DNA from: Gammaproteobacteria bacterium
Lineage (GTDB): Bacteria; Pseudomonadota; Gammaproteobacteria; Ga0077536
Assembly (NCBI GenBank): GCA_947450495.1
Contig: CANFVX010000002.1
Coordinates: 1 to 39,785 of the forward strand
Length of the DNA: 39,785 bases
Direction of reading: 5' to 3'
The first letter of the stretch is position 1. Each line of letters opens with the position of its first letter. The notes beneath the pieces are model-generated. The model was not told the DNA's origin. It ran no database searches and worked only from the letters and a program-made list of their open reading frames with translations. The position numbers were made by a program, and so were the translations under genes. Below are positions 1 through 10,026 of this stretch, piece after piece.

Positions 1-556
1 GCGACTCCGCCAGCAGTTGGATATGCGCCTCGGCGCGCATTCGTTCGCGGGCCTCCGCCACCGCCGCCGCGCAGGATTGGGCCTGCTGGTGGTCGGCGGT
101 GCCAAGCGTAAACGCCGTCCCCGCGGCCACCGCAACGCTCACTTCTGGCAGCGGCGCGAGCGCCACCGTATCGGCATCGAGCTGAATCACGAAGGCCTCG
201 CTCACGTATTCCGCAATCGCCGCCAGTCGCTCCCAGGTGCCACCCTGCGGTAAATCAGGGTGCTGGAACTCGCGCGCCTCACAGATTTCCACGCCCGGAA
301 AATGCCGCCGCAAGAGCCCACGATCCGCCGGCGTGATACTGGGATCTGCAATGACTACCAGTCGCCGCGCCGGCACGAAGCGCAGCAGCGATTTACACGC
401 CAGCAGCGCGGCGTGCACGTCACGATGCTGAATCATCGACAGCAGGATCGGCCCGCCGCCGCCCAGCGCCACGGGTGCCGTCTCCAGCATGCCGCGCACC
501 GTGCGGGCAAATCGGTAGCGATTGAGTTCCACCACCAAACGTTCCCCGTAGTTCAT
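1..556 (-). CDS. hypothetical protein, N-terminal part only (gene runs off the left edge); possible nucleotide-sugar transferase-like fold
   Basis: Hand translation of the minus strand from ATG 556-554 stays open to the window edge (MNYGERLVVELNRYRFARTVRGMLETAP...FVIQLDADTVALAP...). It is absent from the ORF track because there is no stop inside the window. Its start overlaps the stop of the upstream GT gene (ATGA junction at 553-556). No family recognised; a DAD motif is the only hint. Confidence 0.55.
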   Translation of the reverse strand, partial: MNYGERLVVELNRYRFARTVRGMLETAPVALGGGGPILLSMIQHRDVHAALLACKSLLRFVPARRLVVIADPSITPADRGLLRRHFPGVEICEAREFQHPDLPQGGTWERLAAIAEYVSEAFVIQLDADTVALAPLPEVSVAVAAGTAFTLGTADHQQAQSCAAAVAEARERMRAEAHIQLLAES

Positions 557-1731
557 AAGGGCTGCTCCTGTGCACGGTGCAAGGGGGCCGTCGCGGCGGC
601 CAGGGCGCCGGTGAGGGCCGCCACCCGCGACCAGTCAAAACTGGCGCGGGCCCGCGCGAGCCCCCGCGCGCCCAAGTCGGCGGCGTACTCCGGCTCGCTT
701 AACAGACGGCGCAGCCCTGCGGTGACGGCGGCCAGGCTGTCGCCGTCTACCCGCAAGCCCGTTTGGCCGTCGATCACGGCCGAACCCGTGCCGCCAGCGG
801 TACCGGCCAGCGACGGTTTGCCGCAGGCGGCGGCTTCGAGATAGACCATCCCGAAACCTTCCATATCGCCGTTCAGGTCAACGTTGGGCATGGCAAATAC
901 CTCACAGCTCCGATAGCAGTCGGGCAGTTCCGCGGTGCGCACGTGCTGTAACAGATGAAAGCGCGACTTGAGCCCGAGCGCCGCCGCGCTGGCCAGCAAC
1001 TCCGCGCCCACCTCGCCGCTGCCCACCACCACGTAGTGAACGTCGAGCCCGGCTGCGAGCAGCGCGGGCAACGCCGCGAGCACGGTGCCGAAACCCTTGC
1101 GCCGCTGCAGGCGCCCGACCGACAGCACGATGCGCGCGGTGGGCGGGAGCTTCAGCGCTTGATGTAAATCGATGCCCGCCGGGCCGGGGCTGAAGTGATC
1201 GCAGTCCACGCCCGGATAAATCAGCGCGATCCGCGCCGGCGCCACGCCCATCGCCAGCAGCAAGTCGCGGGTGCGATCGCTGTTGGCAATCACCCGATCG
1301 GCGTGCCGCAAGGTCCAGCGCATCGCGCGAAACTTGTAGCCCTGTCCCCACCCGGTGAGTTCCTCGCCGTGGGCGTAGATAAACACCGGATGCTGCGTCA
1401 GCCGCCCCACGATGAGCGCGACCAAACCTTCCGGCAGCGCGCGCCCCGCATGAATCGCCGTGTAGCGACGCCGGCCCGCGGCCCACAGCGCATGCCAGAG
1501 CAAGCGGCCGTACATCAGCAGGGACTCCGGGCGCAGCCACGGCACCCGCGCGAGCGCGAGGCGTCGCACCTGCGCGGGATGTCCGGCATCGAAGGCCAAG
1601 TCACCGGGCACTTCGGCCGTGAGAATCACATTATTGGGCGCATCAAGTCGTGCGTAGACTTCCGCGAACCACACGGCCGTACCGCCCCGCGAAGGGCCGA
1701 AGAGTTCGGTCAACACCAGATAGCCAGACAT
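553..1731 (-). CDS. glycosyltransferase, GT-B fold / family 4 type
   Basis: 392-aa ORF. C-terminal E-x7-E motif (EGFGMVYLE) followed by ACGKPSLAGTAGG, typical of group 1 glycosyltransferases. Strong SD (AGGGAGGA) upstream of the ATG at 1731. Confidence 0.85.
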   Translation of the reverse strand: MSGYLVLTELFGPSRGGTAVWFAEVYARLDAPNNVILTAEVPGDLAFDAGHPAQVRRLALARVPWLRPESLLMYGRLLWHALWAAGRRRYTAIHAGRALPEGLVALIVGRLTQHPVFIYAHGEELTGWGQGYKFRAMRWTLRHADRVIANSDRTRDLLLAMGVAPARIALIYPGVDCDHFSPGPAGIDLHQALKLPPTARIVLSVGRLQRRKGFGTVLAALPALLAAGLDVHYVVVGSGEVGAELLASAAALGLKSRFHLLQHVRTAELPDCYRSCEVFAMPNVDLNGDMEGFGMVYLEAAACGKPSLAGTAGGTGSAVIDGQTGLRVDGDSLAAVTAGLRRLLSEPEYAADLGARGLARARASFDWSRVAALTGALAAATAPLHRAQEQPL

Positions 1732-1743
1732 CGCAATTCCTCC

Positions 1744-3012
1744 CTAAACGCGTTTCGCCGCCAACGGCATCCAGCCGCCCAAAGCCACCGGAGTCGCGCG
1801 CTGGCTGGGTTGCCGGGCCCTCAACATCTCCGCATCCAGACACACCAGCAGCGCGAGCAACAGGTAGAAGAAATCGAAATAGGCCAGCCCCAGAAAGGCC
1901 CCGGCGGTCATATAGCCGGCGAGCGACACCTGCACCATCGCCGCCAGATCGCCCGCCCACTGCTGGTCGGGATGGCGCGCGGCGCGGGCGCGGATAATGC
2001 GTGCCCGCCGCCAGGCCAGCACCAGCAAGCCGAGGAACAACAGGAGTCCCACGTAACCGTGCTCGGCCAGCACCTCGAAATAAATGCTGTGCGCGTCGCG
2101 CTGGTAGCTGTGGATCAGCACCTCAAAGCCGCCGCCGGTCAGCCGCTCACCGGCGATTTCCACCGCCTTTTGCCAGGCGCCGATGCGTCCCATTGCGGAG
2201 TTGTCCTGCTGATAGGCACCGATGGTGTGCATGCGGTCGAACCAGGACTGCGGCGCAATCACCGGCAGCAGCACCGCAAAGCTCATCGCGAGCAAGGCCG
2301 GCAACCATTTGTGGCGGGCCTTGACGAACAACATCAGCCCCATCACCACCATGCCAAGAAACGCGCCGCGCGAATGCGTGCCGACCACGGCGATGAGGGT
2401 GAGACCCACCGCCACATAAAGCCCTTGCCGGACTCTGGGATGTGCCGTGTGCAGGGCCAGAAACCAGATCAGCGGCGCGGTCATCAGCAGCGCCAGACCA
2501 ATCTCGTTATTGCCGCCGATAAAGCCGCCGGCCGGGCCATATACCCGATTGACCCCACCGTGTAACACCGTCCACAGGCCGCCCTTCACGCCGTAAAACC
2601 CGAGCGAGACGGCAATCGTCCACACCAGCCAGTGAATTTGCTGGCGCTCGCGGGTGAGCATCAGCGTGATGAAAATCCCGCACTGGATGCGCCAGATTTT
2701 GCTCCACTCAAACCAGGCGGCGTCCGGGAACAAGGCCAGCGAAGTGCTGACCAGCATCCAGCCCAAAAACAGCACCAGCACGACGAGTTCGATGCGCAGC
2801 GGCCACTGCCGGGGCGTGCGCGAGAACAGCATCCCCAGCAAGGTCACGGCGAACACCATGAACGCAAACGGCAAGTGCATGGCGAAACCCCAGGCCAGCC
2901 GATGCGGGTTCATCAGACCGAGCCAGGTCCACATCAGCACGCCCAGAAACGGGCGCATGAGAATGAACGGCAAGGCGCCGATCACAATCATCGTGATGAT
3001 GACGTCACGCAT
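1744..3012 (-). CDS. O-antigen ligase/Wzy-like polytopic membrane protein (putative O-glycosylation ligase of exosortase A loci)
   Basis: 422-aa ORF with about 10 or more hydrophobic segments. The N-terminus MRDVIITMIVIGALPFILMRPFLGVLMWTWLGLMNPHRL resembles the exosortase-A-associated O-antigen-ligase-like family. Sits in the EPS operon with an 8-nt overlap with the upstream GT (3005-3012). Confidence 0.8.
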   Translation of the reverse strand: MRDVIITMIVIGALPFILMRPFLGVLMWTWLGLMNPHRLAWGFAMHLPFAFMVFAVTLLGMLFSRTPRQWPLRIELVVLVLFLGWMLVSTSLALFPDAAWFEWSKIWRIQCGIFITLMLTRERQQIHWLVWTIAVSLGFYGVKGGLWTVLHGGVNRVYGPAGGFIGGNNEIGLALLMTAPLIWFLALHTAHPRVRQGLYVAVGLTLIAVVGTHSRGAFLGMVVMGLMLFVKARHKWLPALLAMSFAVLLPVIAPQSWFDRMHTIGAYQQDNSAMGRIGAWQKAVEIAGERLTGGGFEVLIHSYQRDAHSIYFEVLAEHGYVGLLLFLGLLVLAWRRARIIRARAARHPDQQWAGDLAAMVQVSLAGYMTAGAFLGLAYFDFFYLLLALLVCLDAEMLRARQPSQRATPVALGGWMPLAAKRV

Positions 3013-4249
3013 GGCGCATTCCGCTCCGCACTTTCAGCGAGGAATCGAAGTGTTCGCCCAGCAGCGCCGCGTAGGCCGGCACATAGGCCGCCACGCTGGC
3101 CGACCAGCGCCGGTGATGCTCCACATAGCGCCGACCGGCGACGCCGAGCGCCGCCCAGTCTTCGGGGTGGTCGAACAGGTCCACAATCGCCGCCGCCAGT
3201 GCGTCCGGATCGCCGGCCGGAAACAGCCGCCCGGTGACGCGATCGCGGATGAGTTCGCGATGCCCGCCCACATCCGAAGCCAGCACCGGACGGCCCATCG
3301 CCATCGCCTCCAGCGGCTTCAGCGGCGTGACGAGTTCGGTCAAACGCAGTCGGCGGCGCGGAAAACAAAACACATCGATGAGGCTCGCATAGCGATCGAC
3401 TTCGGCGTGCGGCACGCGCCCCGGCAGGAGCACGTTGGCGGCCAAGCCAAGTTGCGCCACCAGCGCCTGCACTTCGGGCATCGTGGGGCCACCGCCCACC
3501 AGCAGCACGCGCAAGCGTGGCAGGTGCCGCAACACTGCGGGCAAGGCGTGAATCAGATCGACCAGGCCTTCGTAGGCATAGAAGGACCCGATAAAGCCCA
3601 GCACCGGTTCCCCGCTCAAGCCCAGCGAGGCGGCCAACGCGGTGTCACGCGGCGGCTGAAACACAAACTGTTTGCTGTCGACGGCGTTCGGAATGACGGT
3701 GAATTTTTGCGCCGGGTGACCACGGGCAATGAGGTCATCGCGCAGGCCGTCGCAGATGGGAAACACCGCATCCACTTTGCTCACCACATGGTTCTCCAGC
3801 GCGCGGCCGAGTCGATAGCGCCAGCCGTCTTCGCGCGCGGTGCCGTGATCCACCGCCGCGTCTTCCCAGAAAGCGCGAATTTCGTAGACCACCGGCACCC
3901 CGCAGGCGCGGGCCGCGCGCAGCGCCGCGAGGCCGTTCAAGGCCGGCGAATGGGCGTGAACGAGATCCGGCCGATGCTGATCGATAAGCGCCCGCACTCT
4001 GGTTTCAAGCGCGCGCACCTGCGCCCATTGCCCGAGCACCGGCACCGCGCGGAGCGCCGGCGGCGAGGTGCGGTGAAACACCAATGAATCGATGAAATCC
4101 GCATCGCTTTCGGTGGGCCCCTGCTTGCCCGAGGTCACATGCACCGTGTGCCAGCCGCGACGACGTTGCTCGCGCAATAGCGCCAGCGAGCGAAAGGTGT
4201 AGCCGCTTTGCAGCGGCAGCGAGTGATCGAAAACGTGCAGTACTTTCAT
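3005..4249 (-). CDS. glycosyltransferase, PEP-CTERM/exosortase A-associated type (GT-B)
   Basis: The track ORF 3005-4486 has an Arg/Pro-rich, non-protein-like N-terminal extension. The internal start MKVLHVFDHSLPLQSGYTFRS (ATG at 4249) is the typical N-terminus of this family. It forms an ATGA overlap with the xrtA stop at 4246-4249. C-terminal PLKPLEAMAMGRPVLASDVGGHRELI. Confidence 0.85.
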   Translation of the reverse strand: MKVLHVFDHSLPLQSGYTFRSLALLREQRRRGWHTVHVTSGKQGPTESDADFIDSLVFHRTSPPALRAVPVLGQWAQVRALETRVRALIDQHRPDLVHAHSPALNGLAALRAARACGVPVVYEIRAFWEDAAVDHGTAREDGWRYRLGRALENHVVSKVDAVFPICDGLRDDLIARGHPAQKFTVIPNAVDSKQFVFQPPRDTALAASLGLSGEPVLGFIGSFYAYEGLVDLIHALPAVLRHLPRLRVLLVGGGPTMPEVQALVAQLGLAANVLLPGRVPHAEVDRYASLIDVFCFPRRRLRLTELVTPLKPLEAMAMGRPVLASDVGGHRELIRDRVTGRLFPAGDPDALAAAIVDLFDHPEDWAALGVAGRRYVEHHRRWSASVAAYVPAYAALLGEHFDSSLKVRSGMRHA

Positions 4250-5816
4250 GGGGGCGTCCTTGCAGAAGTCAGGCTGTGCGCAAAGCGGGCCTGCAGCGTG
4301 GGCGCGAGTTGCGCCACACAGGCATTCGCGGTGGGGATGGCGGCCGGCACCTGGGCGGCGTCGTCCAGCAGTTGGTAAACGAGCACCGAAGCGCCCGCGT
4401 TGCCGTGGCCGCGCAAGCGTCCGCGCAAGCCCAGCCACTGGGTGATAAGCGGATTCGGGGTCACGCTGCCGTCCACCCAGTACCACTGCCAGACCAGCGT
4501 CACGCGCTCACCGGCCCGTTCCTGCAGGACGGTCTGTTGGACTGCAGGCACCGCCGCCACCGTGGTTTTAGCAACATCGAGCGACAGCACGCGCCAGGGG
4601 TCGAGTTTCTCCTGCACCAGCCGATTGCCGGCGGCGATGATTTCGTTGCCCTGCCCCTGTTGCGGGTACCAGGCCAGTTGCCAGCCACAGCGGGTGCTGC
4701 CGACGGCGACCACGCCGCTGTCCTGCTCCGGATTCCCCACGTAGTGCGGGGTCCAACCCCCGACCTCAAACCCGACCTCAAACCCGGCGTCGGCACCGGG
4801 CGGATGCGCTGCCGCCGGCAGGCCAGGCGTCAGCGGGTGAGCGGGAATGTGGGCGAACTGCTGTGCGAGCAAGGGCCAGATCAGCAGCGTTGAAAGGAGC
4901 ACGGCGAGCTTGCCGACGGAGCATTGCCAAGGGCTGGCGACTCCCGGCACCACTGCGATCGGCGACAGCGCGGCGTCTTCATCGCGCCACAGCCCGCCCA
5001 GACTCATCAGCAGAAAAATGATGATGCCGAAGAACGCCCAGCCGTACAGGTAATGGTCAACGCCGAGCGCGAGCTTCATATCGCTCAGATGCGCAATCAT
5101 CACGATGCCAAAGGCGCGGAACCAGTTCGCCACGATCGCCACTCCGATCGCAATCAGCACAAACAGGCCCTGCTTCCACACTGCGCGATAGTTGAGATGC
5201 GCGAACAGACTCGCCACCGTGATGGTGGCCATGAGATAGCGCATGCCGCTGCAGCCGGTGACCACCGACCAGTTACCGCTGGGGATCACGAAAAAGCTGC
5301 CTTCGCGATACACCGGCACGCCCACCACGCGCAGCGCGGCGACCACAAAATTAGCGGTGTGGTCGATCAGAAAAGGCGTCAGGCCGTCGCCCAGAGGCAC
5401 GGCCAGTAGCAAAAACGCGCAGGGGAACCACGCGGCACGCAGCCACGGCGTGCCCAACAAAAACCACAGCGCGCCGACCACCAAACCGACCAGCGCCAGC
5501 TGCTGCAGCACATCCACCGCACTCAGGGCAGACGCCAGCCACAGGAGTCCGGCCAGCATCAGCGCGGGCAAGGCCAGCGGCGCCGGCTGCCAGGGCGTTG
5601 CCAGGAGTTCGGCGCGCTGTCGGTACAGCAGCCACAGCGCGATCGGCGCAATCAGAAAGCCGTGTGCGTAGGTTTCCGAGGTGTGCCAGACGTGGGCCAT
5701 CTCGCCCAGGGTCGCCGCATAGCCCATGCCGAGCGCGAGCAGCGTGAGGCCCAGAAAGCCCCATTTACGCCACTCATCGCGCACGGGCAGTTCCATCACG
5801 CGGGATAAGGGTGCCG

Positions 5817-5820
<4 letters not shown>
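4246..5820 (-). CDS. xrtA: exosortase A fused to a C-terminal EpsI-family domain
   Basis: Start chosen at MTAPLSRVMELPV (ATG 5820, ATGA overlap with the upstream gene); the longer track ORF to 6264 is Arg-rich junk. Polytopic N-terminal half carries the exosortase catalytic signatures VTGCSGMRYL (Cys) and ANWFRAFGIVMIAH (Arg, His). About 200 soluble C-terminal residues follow one more TM segment, as in EpsI proteins. Confidence 0.9.
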
Positions 5821-7004
<1,184 letters not shown>

Positions 7005-7007
7005 CGT

Positions 7008-8069
7008 TCAGGCGAGATACGGTGAGACCAGCGGTCCCAGCCAGTTGGCCAGCGGCAAGGGCAGATGGCGCCATACGCTTGAAGCCATTTGAAAGGCCCG
7101 GCTGTCGGGATTGTGTTCGGGCAGGGCCCGCCCCGCCGGCAGGTGGTATTCGTAATGCACCGGGGCTGGCTCAAAGCCCCAGTTTTTCTTGAACGAAAAC
7201 GCGCCGGTGCCGTAGCGACTCCGACCAAAATCGAAGCTGCGCAGGCCGGCTTCACAGGCCCGCCGCATCAAGTCCCAGTACATAAAATCGAAGGCCTTGA
7301 GCTCGCGCGCGGCCGGCAAGGCCCCCGCGTAGTAGGGCATTACGGTGTTCTTGTAGACGAAAGACCACACGCTGCTGACCGGCTGGCCGTCGGCGTAGAC
7401 CGTGGTGATCCAGGAGTCTTTCGCGAAGGCCTCGTACAAGGCTTTGAAGTAACGCGTGGGAAACACCGGCGTGCCGAGGTTGCGCACGCTGGTCGCGTAG
7501 AGCACCAGAAAATTGTCGAGCGTCGTCTCCTCGCGGCACTCGAGTGAGCCGCCCAGCGTCTTCCGGATCACCGCCCGCTGTTTGCGGGGAATGGCCAGCA
7601 GGTTGCGCTCGGCGTCGGGCTCGAGTTCACGCTTGAACAAGGCCCACGCCGGCTCGCGTCGCGGCCAGTCGGCGGTTTGCGGCGCGCTGTGTCGCAGTTC
7701 CAGATAGTCGGCGCGCAGGTCTTCGCAGCGCTGGGCGGCGGCCTGCATCAGTTGCGCGGCCACCCCGTCATCATCGGCCAGAACGCCGCCCTGCACGCAG
7801 AACGGCAGTGAGACGAGCGCATGGCCAAACAACAGACTTTTGACCTGCGCCAGCGGCAGCACGCCGACCACCAGCCCGCAGCGCCGGGCGATCAGAAAAT
7901 GCGTGTTGAAGCCGGCGCCCTTGGCCAGCACGCGCTGCCATGCGGCGCGATGGAAAAAGCTGCCCTCTGGATGCGCGCCCACATAGCGGTCCCACGCCCC
8001 CTCAGAAAACGGCGTCAGGGGTTCGATCAGCGTGGGCCAGACGTCGAGGTTCGGAAGCGCGGCGTTCAT
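7008..8069 (-). CDS. FemAB-family protein, PEP-CTERM system-associated type
   Basis: Start taken at MNAALPNLDVWPTLIEPLTPFSEGAWDRYV (ATG 8069, ATGA overlap with the deacetylase stop). GNAT-like FemAB signatures: FFHRAAWQRV, YYAGALPAARELKAFDFMYW. Sits in the conserved position next to the deacetylase in XrtA loci. Confidence 0.85.
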   Translation of the reverse strand: MNAALPNLDVWPTLIEPLTPFSEGAWDRYVGAHPEGSFFHRAAWQRVLAKGAGFNTHFLIARRCGLVVGVLPLAQVKSLLFGHALVSLPFCVQGGVLADDDGVAAQLMQAAAQRCEDLRADYLELRHSAPQTADWPRREPAWALFKRELEPDAERNLLAIPRKQRAVIRKTLGGSLECREETTLDNFLVLYATSVRNLGTPVFPTRYFKALYEAFAKDSWITTVYADGQPVSSVWSFVYKNTVMPYYAGALPAARELKAFDFMYWDLMRRACEAGLRSFDFGRSRYGTGAFSFKKNWGFEPAPVHYEYHLPAGRALPEHNPDSRAFQMASSVWRHLPLPLANWLGPLVSPYLA

Positions 8070-8917
8070 AGCGGATACACCGCATCGATCCGGCCCCAAC
8101 GAAAGTCCCCGAGCAGGCGCTGCAACCGCGCTTCCACCCGGCCAAGATTCAGCCGATGCCGCCAGCGCGCCAGCGTGGGCGCGTCGGGCACTTCGGGCTG
8201 CCCCGGATCGAGTTCCCAAGGGTGGATATAGAACATGCCCGGCAGGCGGTCGTGCTGGTTAATCCGCCGCAGGCCCCAGCGAAACAGCGCATAGGGGTAG
8301 AGCCGAAAGAAGCCGCCGCCGGCACACGGAAAATTGCGCCCTGCGAGGCGCACCGTGGAGACCGGGATCTCCAGCATCCCGGCCGCGGCGCGATAGGCGG
8401 CACGCGGCGCATCGGGCTGGCCGTAGGCATCGTGACGCAGCGGCGCCACGCTCGAGCTATAGCAGTGCCCGGTCTCGGCGAGCGCGTCGTAGGCCCAGGG
8501 CGTTTGGTCGTTAAACGAGAACGTCGGCGCGCGATAGCCCCTCACCCGCTGCCCGCTCACGTCTTCCAGCAAACCGCGTGCACGGTCGAGATCGGCGCGA
8601 AACTGCGCGGCGTCGAGGGTGCTGACGCGCCGATGGTCGTAGCCGTGGCTCGCGAGCTCATGGCCGGCATGCACGATCGCGCGCACCACCGCCGGATAGC
8701 GTTGAGCCACCCAGCCCAACGTGAAAAACGTGGCGCAAACGGCGTGCTGCTGCAGGAGCTGGAGCAGCTTCTCGACATTGGCCTCCAGCCGCACCGGCAG
8801 TTGCGCCCAGGTGCTGCGCGGTAACTGCTGCTCAAACGCCGAAACCTGAAACCAATCTTCGACGTCGACCGTGAAGGCGTTCATCACTTCGCCGGCATGG
8901 TTCGCCAACGAATTCAT
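8066..8917 (-). CDS. polysaccharide deacetylase, PEP-CTERM locus subfamily
   Basis: NAFTVDVEDWFQVSAFE and ELASHGYDHRR motifs of the NodB/CE4 fold. Start is ambiguous: ATG 8917 (ATGA-coupled to the upstream stop, used here) or ATG 8884 (MNAFTVDVEDWF, matching the usual family N-terminus). Confidence 0.85.
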   Translation of the reverse strand: MNSLANHAGEVMNAFTVDVEDWFQVSAFEQQLPRSTWAQLPVRLEANVEKLLQLLQQHAVCATFFTLGWVAQRYPAVVRAIVHAGHELASHGYDHRRVSTLDAAQFRADLDRARGLLEDVSGQRVRGYRAPTFSFNDQTPWAYDALAETGHCYSSSVAPLRHDAYGQPDAPRAAYRAAAGMLEIPVSTVRLAGRNFPCAGGGFFRLYPYALFRWGLRRINQHDRLPGMFYIHPWELDPGQPEVPDAPTLARWRHRLNLGRVEARLQRLLGDFRWGRIDAVYPL

Positions 8918-10014
8918 AGCACGTTGAGCAGCACGAGGCCGCCCACCAGTACGGCGCCGAGCGCACCGGTTGCGAACATCAATCGCGGCCACGACCATCG
9001 GCTGTCCTGCAAGTCCGCGCTGAGCGAGGGCGGCGGCGGCTTCACCATTTCCCCCGCCAGATTGTCGTAAGCCCGTTGCATGGCGGCCAGGCGCGCTTCG
9101 AGGCGATGAATCTCGTCTGCCGCCGGCTCCAGAACGGACGCTGGATAGGGCTGCTCGGCGCGAGGCGGCAGTGGAAACACCGGTGGCGGGGCATCGCCGC
9201 CAGCTTGTTCCACGCTGATTTCCTGGGTGACGCTGCGCAAGCCGCTGAGGGTCAACTCGTGCGCGCCGTCGAGGCTCGTATTGAGCAACAGACGGTCCAT
9301 CAGCGAGTTGATACGGCGCGGCACACCCTCGGTGAACTGATAAACACCGGCATAGACGTCGGGCTCGATCTGCGGATCGCCGTGCCAGCCCACCTTGCCC
9401 AGACGATGGCGGATATAGATTTCAGTCTCGGCCCCGGTCAGCGGCTTGAGGTGATACGACGCCGTCACCCGTTGCCGCAGTTGTTCGAGACCCGGCGATC
9501 GCATGAGCGTGCGAAACTCGCGCTGACCCAGCAGAAAACTCTGCACCAGCGGCTGCCCGTCCTGTTCGAAGTTCGACAGCATGCGGAGTTCTTCCAGCGC
9601 GCTGCGCGGCATGTTCTGCGCTTCGTCCACCACGAGCAGCACGCGTTTGCCGTCGACAGCACACTGCCGGAAAAACGCTTCGAGGCGGGTCAGCAGCGCC
9701 GCCTTCGACACGCCCTCCCACTCAATCTGGAACTGCGCGGCGACCAGGCGCAACAGATCGTGGTCGTCGACATTGCTGCTGACGATGCGGGCGGCGACGA
9801 TTTTCTGCAGGTCGAGTTCGCGGAACAGCGTGCTGACCAACATGGTTTTACCCGTGCCGATATCACCGGTGACGACGATAAAACCCTGCCGCTGCTGCAG
9901 GCCGTAACGCAGATAGGACATCGCCCGTCGATGGCCGGCGCTGTCGAAGAAAAAGCCCGGGTCCGGATTCAGCTGAAACGGTTTGCCGGTAAATCCATAT
10001 TGCTGCTCGTACAT
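8914..10014 (-). CDS. XrtA/PEP-CTERM system-associated AAA ATPase (ExeA-like)
   Basis: Walker A VVTGDIGTGKTMLV and Walker B LLVVDEAQNM. C-terminal TM anchor (WPRLMFATGALGAVLVGGLVLLNVL). The ATG at 10014 gives MYEQQYGFTGKPF, the usual N-terminus, with an AAGGGA SD 6 nt upstream; the track start at 10020 is GTG. Confidence 0.88.
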   Translation of the reverse strand: MYEQQYGFTGKPFQLNPDPGFFFDSAGHRRAMSYLRYGLQQRQGFIVVTGDIGTGKTMLVSTLFRELDLQKIVAARIVSSNVDDHDLLRLVAAQFQIEWEGVSKAALLTRLEAFFRQCAVDGKRVLLVVDEAQNMPRSALEELRMLSNFEQDGQPLVQSFLLGQREFRTLMRSPGLEQLRQRVTASYHLKPLTGAETEIYIRHRLGKVGWHGDPQIEPDVYAGVYQFTEGVPRRINSLMDRLLLNTSLDGAHELTLSGLRSVTQEISVEQAGGDAPPPVFPLPPRAEQPYPASVLEPAADEIHRLEARLAAMQRAYDNLAGEMVKPPPPSLSADLQDSRWSWPRLMFATGALGAVLVGGLVLLNVL

Positions 10015-10026
10015 CACCACTCCCTT

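Noticed and set aside
1195-2565. 456-aa plus-strand ORF spanning two minus-strand genes
   Set aside because: It is antisense to the GT4 and O-antigen-ligase-like genes. The translation is extremely Arg/His/Gln/Pro-rich with no motifs, typical of shadow ORFs in high-GC DNA. The minus-strand products have clear family signatures.
2654-4087. 477-aa plus-strand ORF
   Set aside because: Shadow ORF opposite the ligase-like and glycosyltransferase genes, with low-complexity Arg/His-rich composition.
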